From Xenococcaceae cyanobacterium (lineage in GTDB: Bacteria > Cyanobacteriota > Cyanobacteriia > Cyanobacteriales > JBFRWF01), in assembly GCA_051439465.1 (NCBI GenBank), contig JBFRWF010000106.1:1582-65581 (forward strand): DNA of 64,000 bases, given 5' to 3'. Positions 29,760 to 39,720 of this stretch are shown piece after piece. Under the pieces are notes generated by a model that was given only the letters and a program-made list of their open reading frames with translations, ran no database searches and was not told where the DNA came from. The position numbers and the translations under genes were made by a program. Numbering within the stretch: position 1 is the first letter of the stretch; each line of letters starts with the position of its first letter.

Positions 29760-31052
29760 TTATTTTAAGGACTTGTATGCTATTTTTGCTATGAATGCCT
29801 CTAGATTTGCATCGCTATCAACAAATGTGGACTTTGCTTTGCCTTTCATCAGGGTGGATTTTATCCATGCTTCAATAGCGAAGGGATCTAGAGGAAGGGT
29901 TTCGGCAATACCGAGTGATCGCTCATAGCTGTAATATGTACTAGCTGTACCTCCAGGGCGAATCTCTGGGTCAAGCAAGCCAGTGTATAGTCCCATCCAG
30001 GCGGCTTCAATTGTTGTTGTACTATTATAAGTAATATGAAGATTAGACCATTTCAAGACTACGGGCAGAGGTACATCACTACATTGTTGCCACTCTACTG
30101 TATTTAGATGTCTAAAGGTTCGAGTTAAATAATCCTGCACTATTGATGATTCTGGACCGCGAATCTGAACCGGATGAAGCCTGAGTAACCAGTTATAGTA
30201 TTTTGCAGTCTTCAAAATTGTTTTTTCTAAGGCATCGGGCATGACACCATTGAAAACATAGTCACCGAAATATTCTGTCATGCCCCACTGAAGTGACACA
30301 AGAATAGTGGGTCGTTCATTTCCCAGTAATGGTTCTACTTCTAAGGTTTCCTGTACTAAGATATCGTCGGCATCATCTGCGAGAAATCGACGGAACCAAG
30401 GGTTGCCCAGGATATGTACGGCAATACCTTTCTGAGGAGCCCATTTTTCAAGACTTGTAGCACTTGTCTTATCCCAACATAAAAAGCCATCGGGGAGCTC
30501 TTCAGTATCTGTGTTTTCTCTCAATTCTTTCCCGTACCATGTGTCTTCATCACAAATTATCCCATGTTGTAGATCGTACACTGGCACTGCTTGGGCATGA
30601 CCTGCGCGACACAGGGTTAGCTCCGGTAGAATACCAATGACTACTCGTGGACGGGAGCGATCGAGGATGTTCTGCCATAGATTTTCCCGTTGTTTGTCTG
30701 CCCAATTCCTGCTATTGTCGCGTTTCTGGATCAAGCTCATCGCTCTAGACTTTAGAGCGATAGACAACCTAGTTCGGTTGAGCGCTACTGGTTCACTGTA
30801 AGCACTGCGTCCAGTGAGTCGGGAGAAGGGCTGTGCCACAGACTGGGTTCTCAGCCCTTTCTTCTTCAATAAGTCTCCTAAGCTATCGAGTAATTGGGCG
30901 TAGGCTTGGTTGCGGTAGGTATAGCCGCGATGGTTATCGTGACCAACTAACAAAACATCACATCCCCTCAAAGACTTCCAATTATCAGGGGTTACAGTAG
31001 ATAAAATAACCAGTGATAAAAGTTTTAATTTTCGGTTTAATACACTAGACAT
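29760..31052 (-). CDS. Hypothetical GT-B-like protein, probable nonulosonate transferase
   Basis: DLQHG, GNPW and LLRLHP motifs as in CMP-dependent transferases; follows the legionaminate module. Confidence 0.5.
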   Translation of the reverse strand: MSSVLNRKLKLLSLVILSTVTPDNWKSLRGCDVLLVGHDNHRGYTYRNQAYAQLLDSLGDLLKKKGLRTQSVAQPFSRLTGRSAYSEPVALNRTRLSIALKSRAMSLIQKRDNSRNWADKQRENLWQNILDRSRPRVVIGILPELTLCRAGHAQAVPVYDLQHGIICDEDTWYGKELRENTDTEELPDGFLCWDKTSATSLEKWAPQKGIAVHILGNPWFRRFLADDADDILVQETLEVEPLLGNERPTILVSLQWGMTEYFGDYVFNGVMPDALEKTILKTAKYYNWLLRLHPVQIRGPESSIVQDYLTRTFRHLNTVEWQQCSDVPLPVVLKWSNLHITYNSTTTIEAAWMGLYTGLLDPEIRPGGTASTYYSYERSLGIAETLPLDPFAIEAWIKSTLMKGKAKSTFVDSDANLEAFIAKIAYKSLK

Positions 31053-31101
31053 AAAAAAATAAAAAATAATGTGGCTATCGTACTAATAACGGAACTTCAC
31101 A

Positions 31102-31929
31102 TCACCAAGCACTTAAGCCACCATCGATAATGATATTTTGACCAGTGATATAACTGGAAGCTTCCGATGCCAGATACAATAACGCTCCTACCATTTCAGT
31201 AGATTGTGCCATTCGACCCAAAGGGACTCTCGCTGAATATTTTTGTTGAAATTCAGGATTTTGACCGCTTTCTACCCCTCCAGGCGTTAGAGTATTGACA
31301 CGAATTCTCTTGTCTGCCCAATAAGCTGCTAAATATTTTGTCAAGCCAATCACGCCAGCTTTAGATACGCTATAGACTGCTGGGCTGTCAATCTGCCGCC
31401 CCAGATAAAAAGATCCCTCATAAATACGACGATCAGGAGCCATCACCCCATAAATTGAAGATGTCTGAATTATACTTCCTCCTTTGCCCTGAGTCACCAT
31501 TTGCTTACCGATCGCCTGAGCAACTAAAAACATTCCATCCAGGTTGACTGCCATAATCATCTGCCATTGCTCTAAGCTGTACTCTTCAAAGGGAGCAAAG
31601 AAGGCATTAAGGTCATCTGATTTACCTGCGGCATTGTTGTGCAGAATGTTGATTTCCCCAAACTCGGACACCACTCGCGCCACCATCGCCTCCACTGATT
31701 CAGGCTTCGATACATCACAACCAACTCCGATCGCCTGCGTTGAGTAACGATCGCCAATTTTTTCAGCTAGTTCAATTGCCTTGGCTTCCTGTAAATCTAC
31801 CACAGCAACCTTAGCACCAGATTCAGCGAGTCCAGCACAGAAATGCTGACCGAGAATACCAGCCCCTCCAGTCACCACAGCAACCTTGCTTTTTAAATCG
31901 AACAAGCCTCGATAAGAAAGTTCGCTCAT
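31102..31929 (-). CDS. SDR oxidoreductase (PtmA-like)
   Basis: TGGAGILG, NNAA, SSIYG, YSVSK, VNTLTPGG. Confidence 0.85.
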   Translation of the reverse strand: MSELSYRGLFDLKSKVAVVTGGAGILGQHFCAGLAESGAKVAVVDLQEAKAIELAEKIGDRYSTQAIGVGCDVSKPESVEAMVARVVSEFGEINILHNNAAGKSDDLNAFFAPFEEYSLEQWQMIMAVNLDGMFLVAQAIGKQMVTQGKGGSIIQTSSIYGVMAPDRRIYEGSFYLGRQIDSPAVYSVSKAGVIGLTKYLAAYWADKRIRVNTLTPGGVESGQNPEFQQKYSARVPLGRMAQSTEMVGALLYLASEASSYITGQNIIIDGGLSAW

Positions 31930-32627
31930 TTGGTGTGTCGTTTCCTCATCAAGAGTTCAACAATTTCAAAATCTAGCTCGCTGTCAATATCGATTGAACG
32001 CTCTTCCGGCATGACAAAAAGCCGAGTATCAGCATTAAAGACTGTTGGAGCGTTAAACAAGACATCTCGTTTCCAAACATAAATTGAGGCATTCATATCA
32101 AAACAGGCTGGAGAATCTTGACGACGGACGATCGGCTGATTCAATGGCTTGGATAACCGAACTACATTGTCATTACCTAACTCTACCAGATTAAAGTAGG
32201 GCGATCGCCTAGCTGGAGTCCCCGTAATCACATTACCAACATTTTCAGTTTCTAGCAGGCTAACAGCACCCTGAATATCTTCTGGTAAACGTAACGGTGA
32301 GGTGGCATCTAGATCGACTGCTACATCAAATCGCTTCCCACTAATTCGTTCGGCTTCCTCTACGCAATGGCGAATAGCGGGTAACTTAGCACAGAGATCG
32401 GTGGCGAGTTCTGGAGGGCGATTGACTAATATATCTACATCATATGCTTGAGCTATATCCAGAATCTTTTTTGAATCGCTACTCACAGCAATCAGCTCGA
32501 ATAACTGGCATTCTCTTGCTTGTTCTAGAGTACGGGCAATCAGAGGTTTTCCAAGTAACTCGCGAATATTTTTGTTTTTGACTCCCTTAGAACCCCCACG
32601 GGCACAAATAGTGCAGATTCGTTTCAT
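31926..32627 (-). CDS. CMP-legionaminate synthetase-type cytidylyltransferase (PtmB/LegF-like)
   Basis: CARGGSKGVKNKN, DLDATSPLR, RRQD, SIDIDS. Confidence 0.88.
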   Translation of the reverse strand: MKRICTICARGGSKGVKNKNIRELLGKPLIARTLEQARECQLFELIAVSSDSKKILDIAQAYDVDILVNRPPELATDLCAKLPAIRHCVEEAERISGKRFDVAVDLDATSPLRLPEDIQGAVSLLETENVGNVITGTPARRSPYFNLVELGNDNVVRLSKPLNQPIVRRQDSPACFDMNASIYVWKRDVLFNAPTVFNADTRLFVMPEERSIDIDSELDFEIVELLMRKRHTK

Positions 32628-33538
32628 CGCTCAACCCAAGTATGGGATCTTGCTGCCTGTTCAGACGCTTCTATGGTCAATAGAGTTTCTCTGGCCTCTT
32701 CAAAGCTACATAATCTGGTAAAATCCCCCGCTAATATAGCTTGATGTTCGGAGCGATATGTTGCATCTTTTTCTAATGTGATAGTTTCCTGAACACCATT
32801 AATGTCAATCTTATTTTGGGATAAATCAATATGTATTGTTTTGCTATCTGTATTCACGATTATTTCTCGCCTTGGCAGACGATCGAGATAGTTTATATGA
32901 AGAGAAACTAACGGACAAGACTCAGTTTCCATTAGTAGTGAATACACATCATCACTATCAATTTCTAATGGACTAAATTGCCCCCCTATGGCTGTCAATC
33001 GTCGCCAAGACCCAAACAGCCATAAAACATAATCTAACTCGTGGCTGAGGTCTCGCAGTACACCCCCCCCTTCTTGGCGATGGGCTGAATAACTTTGTCG
33101 ATAGTCTGTTTGCGATCGCCAATTTGGCAGATAAGAGCCAACATAAACATTAACTGTTATCACGCTTGAAGCATTATTTAATATTTTTTTTAACTTTTGC
33201 AATAAAGGATGAAAACGCAAATTGTAAGCAACAGCACCTTGAATCAATTTATTTTCAGGTATTTGTAGATATTGCTCGAATAAAGGTTTTTCTACTAAAA
33301 CTATGCCATTAAAATTACTTTTAATAAGAATTTGAATATCTTTATAATGCTCACTGGTACGACTGGCGATAACTACATAACTTGGCTGCCAATCAATTAA
33401 CGCCTTGGTTAGATTAGAAAAGCAGGGAGAATATTCAATGGGACGACGGCTAACTACAGCAACCTGACAGCCTAATTCTGTTAGTAGACGAGCATGGCGT
33501 TGTCCAATAGAACCATAGCCAATAATTATAGCTTTCAT
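32624..33538 (-). CDS. Gfo/Idh/MocA oxidoreductase (PtmF-like)
   Basis: GYGSIGQRH, VEKP, YNLRFHP, GGGVLRDLSHELD. Confidence 0.88.
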   Translation of the reverse strand: MKAIIIGYGSIGQRHARLLTELGCQVAVVSRRPIEYSPCFSNLTKALIDWQPSYVVIASRTSEHYKDIQILIKSNFNGIVLVEKPLFEQYLQIPENKLIQGAVAYNLRFHPLLQKLKKILNNASSVITVNVYVGSYLPNWRSQTDYRQSYSAHRQEGGGVLRDLSHELDYVLWLFGSWRRLTAIGGQFSPLEIDSDDVYSLLMETESCPLVSLHINYLDRLPRREIIVNTDSKTIHIDLSQNKIDINGVQETITLEKDATYRSEHQAILAGDFTRLCSFEEARETLLTIEASEQAARSHTWVER

Positions 33539-33540
33539 TT

Positions 33541-34584
33541 TCAAACACCTTCCCACTCTCGCTGCGCCCGCTCAAACTCATCTATACGCCCAATATCTAG
33601 CCAATATTCCCGCAATGAATAGGCAGCGGTCGGCTGATTGGCAGCAATTAGACGTTCAAACAAAGTAGGCATATCAAAGAAAGTTTTCCCAGGCAAATAG
33701 TCCAACACTTCTGGGGAGAGAGCGTAGATACCAGCATTGACGAAAAAACGCTGCACGGGTTTCTCTTCGATCGCCTCAATCCTTGTACCATCCATGCGAA
33801 CTACACCATAAGGCACTTGAAAATCATACTCGCGCACCGCCATCGTCGCCACAGCACCCTGAACTTCATGGAACTTGAGGAGACTGTCGAAGCTAGTGCG
33901 GGTGAGTATATCGCCATTGATCACGATTATTGGCGCGGTGGGTCGTTCTGGCAAGAGTGACAACGCTCCAGCAGTCCCAAGCCGCTCCTTCTCATGCAGG
34001 TATGTTAGTTGTACGCCCCAGCGATCGCCCTCCCCAAAATAGTCCTGGATCATCTCTGCCTTGTAGTTGACAGACAGGAATATCTGCTTAAAGCCCTGTT
34101 CGGCAAAGCTTTCAACGATAATTTCTAAAATTGGCTTGCCCCCTACCGTCAGCAGAGGCTTAGGGCATTCATTCGTTAACGGCTGCAACCGAGTTCCCAG
34201 CCCCCCTGCCATGAGTACGACCCAGTTGGGACGTTCTACTACACCAATTAGATCATCTAAAGTCGCCAGACCGACAACCCGATTATCCTCTCCTATTAGC
34301 GGTAAGTGATGGATAACCTTGCGGCGCATTAATGCCAGCATTTTTCTACAAGGCATGGACGCAGGAACCGCAGTGGGTTGGGGATTCATCACCTCGGAAA
34401 CACTAACCTGAAGACTTTTTCCCGCCAATATAGCACGACGGATATCCCCATCACTCAGCACACCAGCAAGGGTTTCGTCAGGGTTTAAAACCAGTGCCAA
34501 CTGAAGCCCTGATCTGTCTATTTTGGCGATCGCCTCCCTCAATACCATCTCACGACTAACAACAACTTCCTTCCAATCGTTCAT
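33541..34584 (-). CDS. CBS-domain nucleotidyltransferase (PtmE-like)
   Basis: SDGDIRR CBS pair, MAGGLGTRL, PKPLL, LGTAG, NGD, WLDIG. Confidence 0.9.
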   Translation of the reverse strand: MNDWKEVVVSREMVLREAIAKIDRSGLQLALVLNPDETLAGVLSDGDIRRAILAGKSLQVSVSEVMNPQPTAVPASMPCRKMLALMRRKVIHHLPLIGEDNRVVGLATLDDLIGVVERPNWVVLMAGGLGTRLQPLTNECPKPLLTVGGKPILEIIVESFAEQGFKQIFLSVNYKAEMIQDYFGEGDRWGVQLTYLHEKERLGTAGALSLLPERPTAPIIVINGDILTRTSFDSLLKFHEVQGAVATMAVREYDFQVPYGVVRMDGTRIEAIEEKPVQRFFVNAGIYALSPEVLDYLPGKTFFDMPTLFERLIAANQPTAAYSLREYWLDIGRIDEFERAQREWEGV

Positions 34585-34677
34585 CGACGAAAACCCTCGA
34601 TCATGAATTCTCGAAAAAGATAACCATAAGTTTAAAAATATTCAAACCACCACGAGTTGAAATAAGAGCCAGAATTC

Positions 34678-35325
34678 TCATAGTGCTAGAAACTGCCTTA
34701 ATATTTTCAGCCCCACTTCACCACTCTTTTCTGGATGAAACTGACATCCAAAAATATGATCCCGTCCAATAACTGCTGATATTGATACACCTCCATAGAT
34801 ACAATCAGCAATACGATGATTTACATCCAGTGGGTTGGCCATAAAAGAGTGAACAAAATAAGTAGACTCTCCTGGTTCTACTGTTTGCAGTATGCTATTC
34901 TTCCAGTTTGACCGATTTGAAGGTAAAACTAGAGCATTCCAACCAATATGGGGGATTTTATGGGGTTGACCAGTTTTTGAAATATTTGGCACTGGTATGA
35001 CTCGACCTAGAATTAAGCCTAATCCCCGTGTCAAGCCAAATTCTTCGCTCTCCTCTAGGAGCAATTGCATTCCCAAGCAAATACCCAGCAAAGGTGTGCC
35101 TCCCTTGGCAACTTCCTGGATCGCCTCAATAAGCTGTAATCGATTTAACTGAGCCATTGCATTGCCAAATGCCCCAACACCAGGTAGAACAACTCGTGGT
35201 GCTGCCATAATCGCAGCAGGATCATCCGTAATACTGACTTTTGCACCGCAATGCTCTAGCCCACGTTGAACACTGAGTAGATTACCTACACCGTAATCAA
35301 TAACTGTAACTTCAGGGACTTTCAT
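34678..35325 (-). CDS. Glycan-locus HisH-like glutamine amidotransferase (WbuY-like)
   Basis: IDYGVGNL, LPGVG, GICLGMQ, QFHPEKS. Confidence 0.9.
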   Translation of the reverse strand: MKVPEVTVIDYGVGNLLSVQRGLEHCGAKVSITDDPAAIMAAPRVVLPGVGAFGNAMAQLNRLQLIEAIQEVAKGGTPLLGICLGMQLLLEESEEFGLTRGLGLILGRVIPVPNISKTGQPHKIPHIGWNALVLPSNRSNWKNSILQTVEPGESTYFVHSFMANPLDVNHRIADCIYGGVSISAVIGRDHIFGCQFHPEKSGEVGLKILRQFLAL

Positions 35326-36082
35326 AATGTCTGACTTCAATCCCAGATAATTCAGCAACTTTGCGAATTTCACCGATCGTAGCACGCTGATAGTGCAAAA
35401 TATCAGCTATCGCTACAGCATCGGCTTCCCCCTGTTGCACGACCTCAATCAAGTCTTCCGGCTTACCCATACCACCACTGGCAATCACTGGAACCGAAAC
35501 TTCTTGGGTGACTGCTTTAACTAAGGAAACATCAAACCCTCTGCGGGTTCCTTCTCGGTCTACCGATGTCAGGAGAATTTCACCTGCTCCTAAAGAAACT
35601 CCTTTTTTAACCCAATCAATTACGTCAAGTCCTGTTCGTTCACGGCCATTATCAGTATAAGCTTCCCAACGCTCCGGAGCAATCTGTTTTGCTTCGATGG
35701 AAAGCACCATACATTGGCTGCCAAAACGACGGGCAATATCTGTAATTAAGTTAGGATTAGCCACTACTGCTGTATTAACAGCGACTTTATCCGCTCCACA
35801 GCGCAATAAATGGGTGGCATCATCGACTGAGCGAATCCCACCACCAACCGTTATGGGAACAAAAATATCTTGAGCTGCGCTTTCAACAATATGACTAAGG
35901 TTATTACGACCATAGAGACTAGCAACACAGTCCATGTAAATTAGCTCATCTGCTCCCTGCTGGTAATAGCGTTGAGCATATTCTCTCGGTGAACCAATGA
36001 CCCGTAAACCTTCCAGGTGAACACCTTTGATCAGATTCGGTCCTTTTATATCCAAACGGGCAATTAAGCGGATTTTTCTCAT
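35312..36082 (-). CDS. Glycan-locus HisF-like cyclase-fold subunit (WbuZ-like)
   Basis: IARLDIK, GADEL, VGGGIRS, GAGEILLTSVDREGT, IASGG. Confidence 0.9.
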   Translation of the reverse strand: MRKIRLIARLDIKGPNLIKGVHLEGLRVIGSPREYAQRYYQQGADELIYMDCVASLYGRNNLSHIVESAAQDIFVPITVGGGIRSVDDATHLLRCGADKVAVNTAVVANPNLITDIARRFGSQCMVLSIEAKQIAPERWEAYTDNGRERTGLDVIDWVKKGVSLGAGEILLTSVDREGTRRGFDVSLVKAVTQEVSVPVIASGGMGKPEDLIEVVQQGEADAVAIADILHYQRATIGEIRKVAELSGIEVRHYESP

Positions 36083-37416
36083 TAGATTACTGTAGCCTCA
36101 CTTTCATCCCAGACGGTATGGCGTAGTTTCCATTCACCATTTTCGTGATACCAAAGATGGGCAGAGCGAAATTGATCTGTTAAAAGTCGGAAATACTCTC
36201 GATCCATTATTGGTTGTTCAAAGATTTTGCTGGCTATAGGGAAATCTTTGGCAGGAATACTTAGATAACGAAAAATTTCATCAGCAAAACGTTCGGGAAA
36301 CTCATGATCGAACCGCTTTACCAGAGCTACTCCTTCATCCCGTTCAATATCACCTGAGCGAATTTCTTGGGCAGCATCATAGCTGGCTCGACCAATGCCA
36401 AACTTAATGCCGGTTGTGTAATAGTGAAAGTCGTCAATGCGATCGTCAATACTGTTGTATTTACTATATGTGCCTGGTGTTCGCTCTGGTGATGCCTGAA
36501 ATCCACCATGCTCCACTGCATAGTAGTAGCAGCTTTGAGGATGCCACTTTAGGTAGTAGCCCAAGTAATGTACCTCAACTTTTTTCTCGGCGAGTTGGTT
36601 TGGATCGGCAGGTAGGTAAGGTTGTAAATCGTTTTGATCTAAACCAAACTGTTCCTTTAGATCGCTAATAGAAACACCCCCCAGAAAAACCTGAGATTGA
36701 TCTTTGGCTGAAAAATAAGCCCAATCTCGTTGGGCTTTATCTGTATCGCTAATTGGATTACCATATTCTGCCTCATTCTCACCGTAGAAAACCAGTGGAA
36801 TGTTAAAGAGTAGTGCCATTTTAGGGGCTAATGACTTTTGCCCAAACATAAAGGCTTGAAAGGGATGGAAAAGGAGTTCAGTAGAAAGTCTAGTAAGCAG
36901 TCGATGAACTCGTCCATTAGGAGTCATCAGATAGTTGTCAAGTCCAGCATGAATCCACGATTGAAAATTTTTCCATCCCCATTCAGTGTAGATATGGGGA
37001 GCCCAAGTTACTGTTAAGGGGTGCATTCCATACTTGTTTTTTAGGATATGAGCAGCGTAAAAACTGTCTTTACCACCAGACCCCGGAACAATACAGTCAT
37101 AGCTCCCATCATTTTTCCGAAACCTGTCACAGAGAGCCTTTAATTGTTTATCTCGCTCTGACCAGTCAATACTATACTTCTTGTGTTCTGTAAAATTGCA
37201 AGCGTCACAGACCCCATTCTCGTCAAAATTAATTGTTTTCTTTTTTGTCTTTTGAGTATGTTGATACTCAACAGCAGAGTTAGGTCTTTGATTAGAAATT
37301 ACGCATTTTCGACAAAATTTAACTTCACGAGGTAAGCCATACAGAACATCAGGATTTTTCTGCTCTTTGGCAAACCGAGATAAGTCAACAGCAGAGGGAT
37401 AAGAGATAATGTCCAT
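36082..37416 (-). CDS. N-acetyl sugar amidotransferase (WbuX/PseA/PtmG-like)
   Basis: CRKC..CDAC, PP-loop SGGKDS, YGEN, SIDDRID; likely start MDIISYP at 37416. Confidence 0.9.
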   Translation of the reverse strand: MDIISYPSAVDLSRFAKEQKNPDVLYGLPREVKFCRKCVISNQRPNSAVEYQHTQKTKKKTINFDENGVCDACNFTEHKKYSIDWSERDKQLKALCDRFRKNDGSYDCIVPGSGGKDSFYAAHILKNKYGMHPLTVTWAPHIYTEWGWKNFQSWIHAGLDNYLMTPNGRVHRLLTRLSTELLFHPFQAFMFGQKSLAPKMALLFNIPLVFYGENEAEYGNPISDTDKAQRDWAYFSAKDQSQVFLGGVSISDLKEQFGLDQNDLQPYLPADPNQLAEKKVEVHYLGYYLKWHPQSCYYYAVEHGGFQASPERTPGTYSKYNSIDDRIDDFHYYTTGIKFGIGRASYDAAQEIRSGDIERDEGVALVKRFDHEFPERFADEIFRYLSIPAKDFPIASKIFEQPIMDREYFRLLTDQFRSAHLWYHENGEWKLRHTVWDESEATVI

Positions 37417-37456
37417 GTTCGTGCCTTTTGTATTACAGTTGTATTTGGTAGTTAAG

Positions 37457-37535
37457 GCGATCGCCTCTCCCAAGGGTGTTTCAGGAGAAATAACGAGATC
37501 TTGCCAATTCGCTTTAGTTATTAGTCGGCTATCCA
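37457..37535 (-). pseudogene. 5' stub of a second PtmE-like CBS nucleotidyltransferase ending at a HIP1 site
   Basis: KANWQDLVISPETPLGEAIA aligns with NDWKEVVVSREMVLREAIA of the intact gene; similarity stops at GCGATCGC 37457-37464. Confidence 0.6.
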
Positions 37536-37573
37536 CTTAAGCCGGGACAGTAATCAAAAGGGAACTTCGGATC

Positions 37574-37601
37574 GGGGAACGGGGAACGGGGAACGGGGAA
37601 C
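37574..37601. repeat. (GGGGAAC)4 heptamer tandem repeat, cyanobacterial STRR-like
   Basis: Four exact copies. Confidence 0.9.
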
Positions 37602-37611
37602 GTGACTACTA

Positions 37612-37760
37612 TAGCAGTCCTATAAAGGTTTGTGAATCAAAACGCTACTCAAAAGGGAACAGGGGACAGGGGGTAAGAGTTCTGGTCGTTTTATATTCGA
37701 TCTAAGCTTCTCTTAGCGCCAATCATGTTTTGATTGGCCACGACTCATAATGGACTGCTA
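37612..37760. mobile_element. IS630-type MITE (innermost layer)
   Basis: TAGCAGTCC...GGACTGCTA TIRs flanked by duplicated TA. Confidence 0.65.
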
Positions 37761-37829
37761 TATTCCCTATTCCCTGATCCGAAGTTCCCTACTCCAAGTG
37801 TCCCGCCTTAAGCCCCCAACGTAGCGATC

Positions 37830-38085
37830 GTCACGTTATGGATGGAGGAAAACACAAGTGTTTTCTTTCATCACACCCATTATGTGATGAAAGAAACACT
37901 TCAGGGGCGCTCCCCTTCAGTAAAGCTCTTTGAGAGAGTGATCGCTACCAATTCTTGTATATTACTCCTGTGTCCTGACAGTTAAAACCGATACGTCACT
38001 GGTGCGATCGTGCCTGGTTAAGAGCGTGGTTCTGGGGATGATGTGTATGACATTGGTGAAGGGCTTGTCCTTATCCCGTTCGAGA
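37830..38085 (+). ncRNA. Degenerate HEARO/omegaRNA-like structured RNA remnant (IS200/IS605 IscB-type)
   Basis: Ordered motifs ACGTTAT...ACAC...CTCCCCT...CTGTG...GTTAAA...ACATTGGTGAAGGG; GTTATGGAT can pair with GTGTATGAC; long hairpin at 37856-37901. Confidence 0.4.
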
Positions 38086-38104
38086 GAATCTAACTACAAA
38101 TCAA

Positions 38105-39066
38105 CCTGCGCAGTTACGTCAGACAACGGGAAACTTTAATCAAAGAGGCGGCGACTCACGTCCAGCGGATGCAGAAAGCACTGATTCAAATGAACTTACA
38201 ACTCCATAAAGTAGTCAGTGACATAACAGGTGCTACAGGAATGGCCATCATCAGGGCGATGGTGGCAGGAGAGAGAAATCCGCACAAGTTGGCCGCACTC
38301 AAAGATAGACGCATCCAGAGCACTACCTCCGAAATCGCCAAAGCCTTAACTGGAGACTATCGAGCCGAACATCTTTTTGTGCTCCAACAAGAATTGACCC
38401 TTTACGATATCTATCAACAGCAAATTACCACCACTGACCGGGAAATTGAGAAATGTCTAGCCTCCTTTGAGAGCCAAACGAAAGACTCACCGCCACCTAG
38501 AAAAGGAAAAAAGCGGAAAAAACCCCCTGGCAATGAGCCTAACTTTGACCTCCACCGCCATCTCTTTTGCATTAGTGGGGTAGATTTTACCCAGATTGAT
38601 GGACTCAATGTCCTAACTGTGCAGACTATTCTCTCAGAAGTAGGATTAGAGCCTTCTCGTTTCCCAACTGTCAAGCACTTCTGCTCTTGGCTAGGTTTAT
38701 GTCCCGGTTCGAGGATTACTGGTGGTAAGGTGAAAAGCTCTCAAACTCGCAAGGTAGTTAATCGCGCTGCCAATGCTTTTCGCCTGGCAGCTCAATCTTT
38801 AAGTCGTTCTCGCTCAGCTTTGGGAGCATTTTACCGACGAATGCGTTCTCGATTGGGAGCACCCAAAGCCATTAGCGCTACAGCGCATAAACTAGCCCGA
38901 ATGTTCTATCGCTTGTGGACCACTCGACAAGCTTATACTGATCCTGGTGCTGATTATTACCAAAAGCAATATCGACAACGAATGGTTAACAATCTCAAGA
39001 AAAAGGCACTTTCCTTGGGTTTTGAATTAGTGGCTCAACCCCAGTAACAAATGGTGTTTCTCGAGA
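38105..39066 (+). mobile_element. 5'-truncated IS110-family transposase pseudogene
   Basis: LRSYVRQRETL upstream of the ORF start, FCSWLGLCPG..ITGGK, AISATAHKLAR; N-terminal DEDD domain missing. Confidence 0.88.
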
Positions 39067-39078
39067 GTTGGTAGTCTA

Positions 39079-39720
39079 TTAGTCATTGATCCCAATTTTA
39101 ACCGCAGGATTCCCCGCCACAACCCAGCCATCTGCAACAGATTTTGTCACCACTGCACCCGCTCCAACAATCGCGTTTTGTCCAATGTGAATATCGGGAA
39201 TCACCACTGCACCCGCTCCAATAAAAGCGGATGGGGCAACTCTTACATTGCCACAAAGCGTTACCCCAGGTGCAATAAAGGCGTGGGAGCCGATCATACA
39301 ATCATGATCGATACTGGCTCTGGTATTGATAACGATATTCTCTTCTAGGGTCACTGCAGCCTGGATAACTACTCCAGCCATCACCTGACACCCCTCTCCC
39401 ATTTTGATCGCGCTGCTAACAATTGCCGATGGATGTTTAAATGACTTAAATGTAAAGCCCCGTGTTTTCATAACAGTAAATATATTTCGTCGCTTGAATG
39501 TTTTAGGATTAGCACCCAAGCCATTCACTAAAAAGGTTTTTGCAATTGATACATTATCTAAATACTCATCTCCCCCTAAAATGGGGACTCCGAACACTAG
39601 ACCCGAAATTTGAGCATTGGCATCGAGAATGCCTGTCACTCGGATACCGTTAGCAAGTAGTGTATCCAAAACAACTCGCCCGTGACCCCCAGCACCTAAA
39701 ACATAGACTGCTTCAGACAT
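39079..39720 (-). CDS. NeuD/LegH-like hexapeptide acetyltransferase
   Basis: GAGGHG, HPSA, INTRASIDHDC, GNPA. Confidence 0.9.
   Translation of the reverse strand: MSEAVYVLGAGGHGRVVLDTLLANGIRVTGILDANAQISGLVFGVPILGGDEYLDNVSIAKTFLVNGLGANPKTFKRRNIFTVMKTRGFTFKSFKHPSAIVSSAIKMGEGCQVMAGVVIQAAVTLEENIVINTRASIDHDCMIGSHAFIAPGVTLCGNVRVAPSAFIGAGAVVIPDIHIGQNAIVGAGAVVTKSVADGWVVAGNPAVKIGIND

Larger units (their letters stand above)
37536..37812. mobile_element. Nested MITE complex (three concentric inverted-repeat pairs)
   Basis: Outer CTTAAGCCGGGACA / TGTCCCGCCTTAAG; middle AGGGAACTTCGGATC / GATCCGAAGTTCCCT; inner TA-TAGCAGTCC / GGACTGCTA-TA. Confidence 0.8.

Noticed and set aside
34678-36082. hisH/hisF as histidine biosynthesis genes
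   Set aside because: Coupled to an N-acetyl sugar amidotransferase (wbuXYZ layout); no other his genes are present
37417-37536. N-terminal extension of the amidotransferase ORF (484 aa in the track)
   Set aside because: The first 40 codons are the ptmE stub and spacer read in frame; the likely start is the ATG at 37416
37830-38104. IS110 bridge RNA upstream of the transposase
   Set aside because: The transposase is truncated mid-gene, so this DNA is not its native left end; the motifs resemble HEARO more
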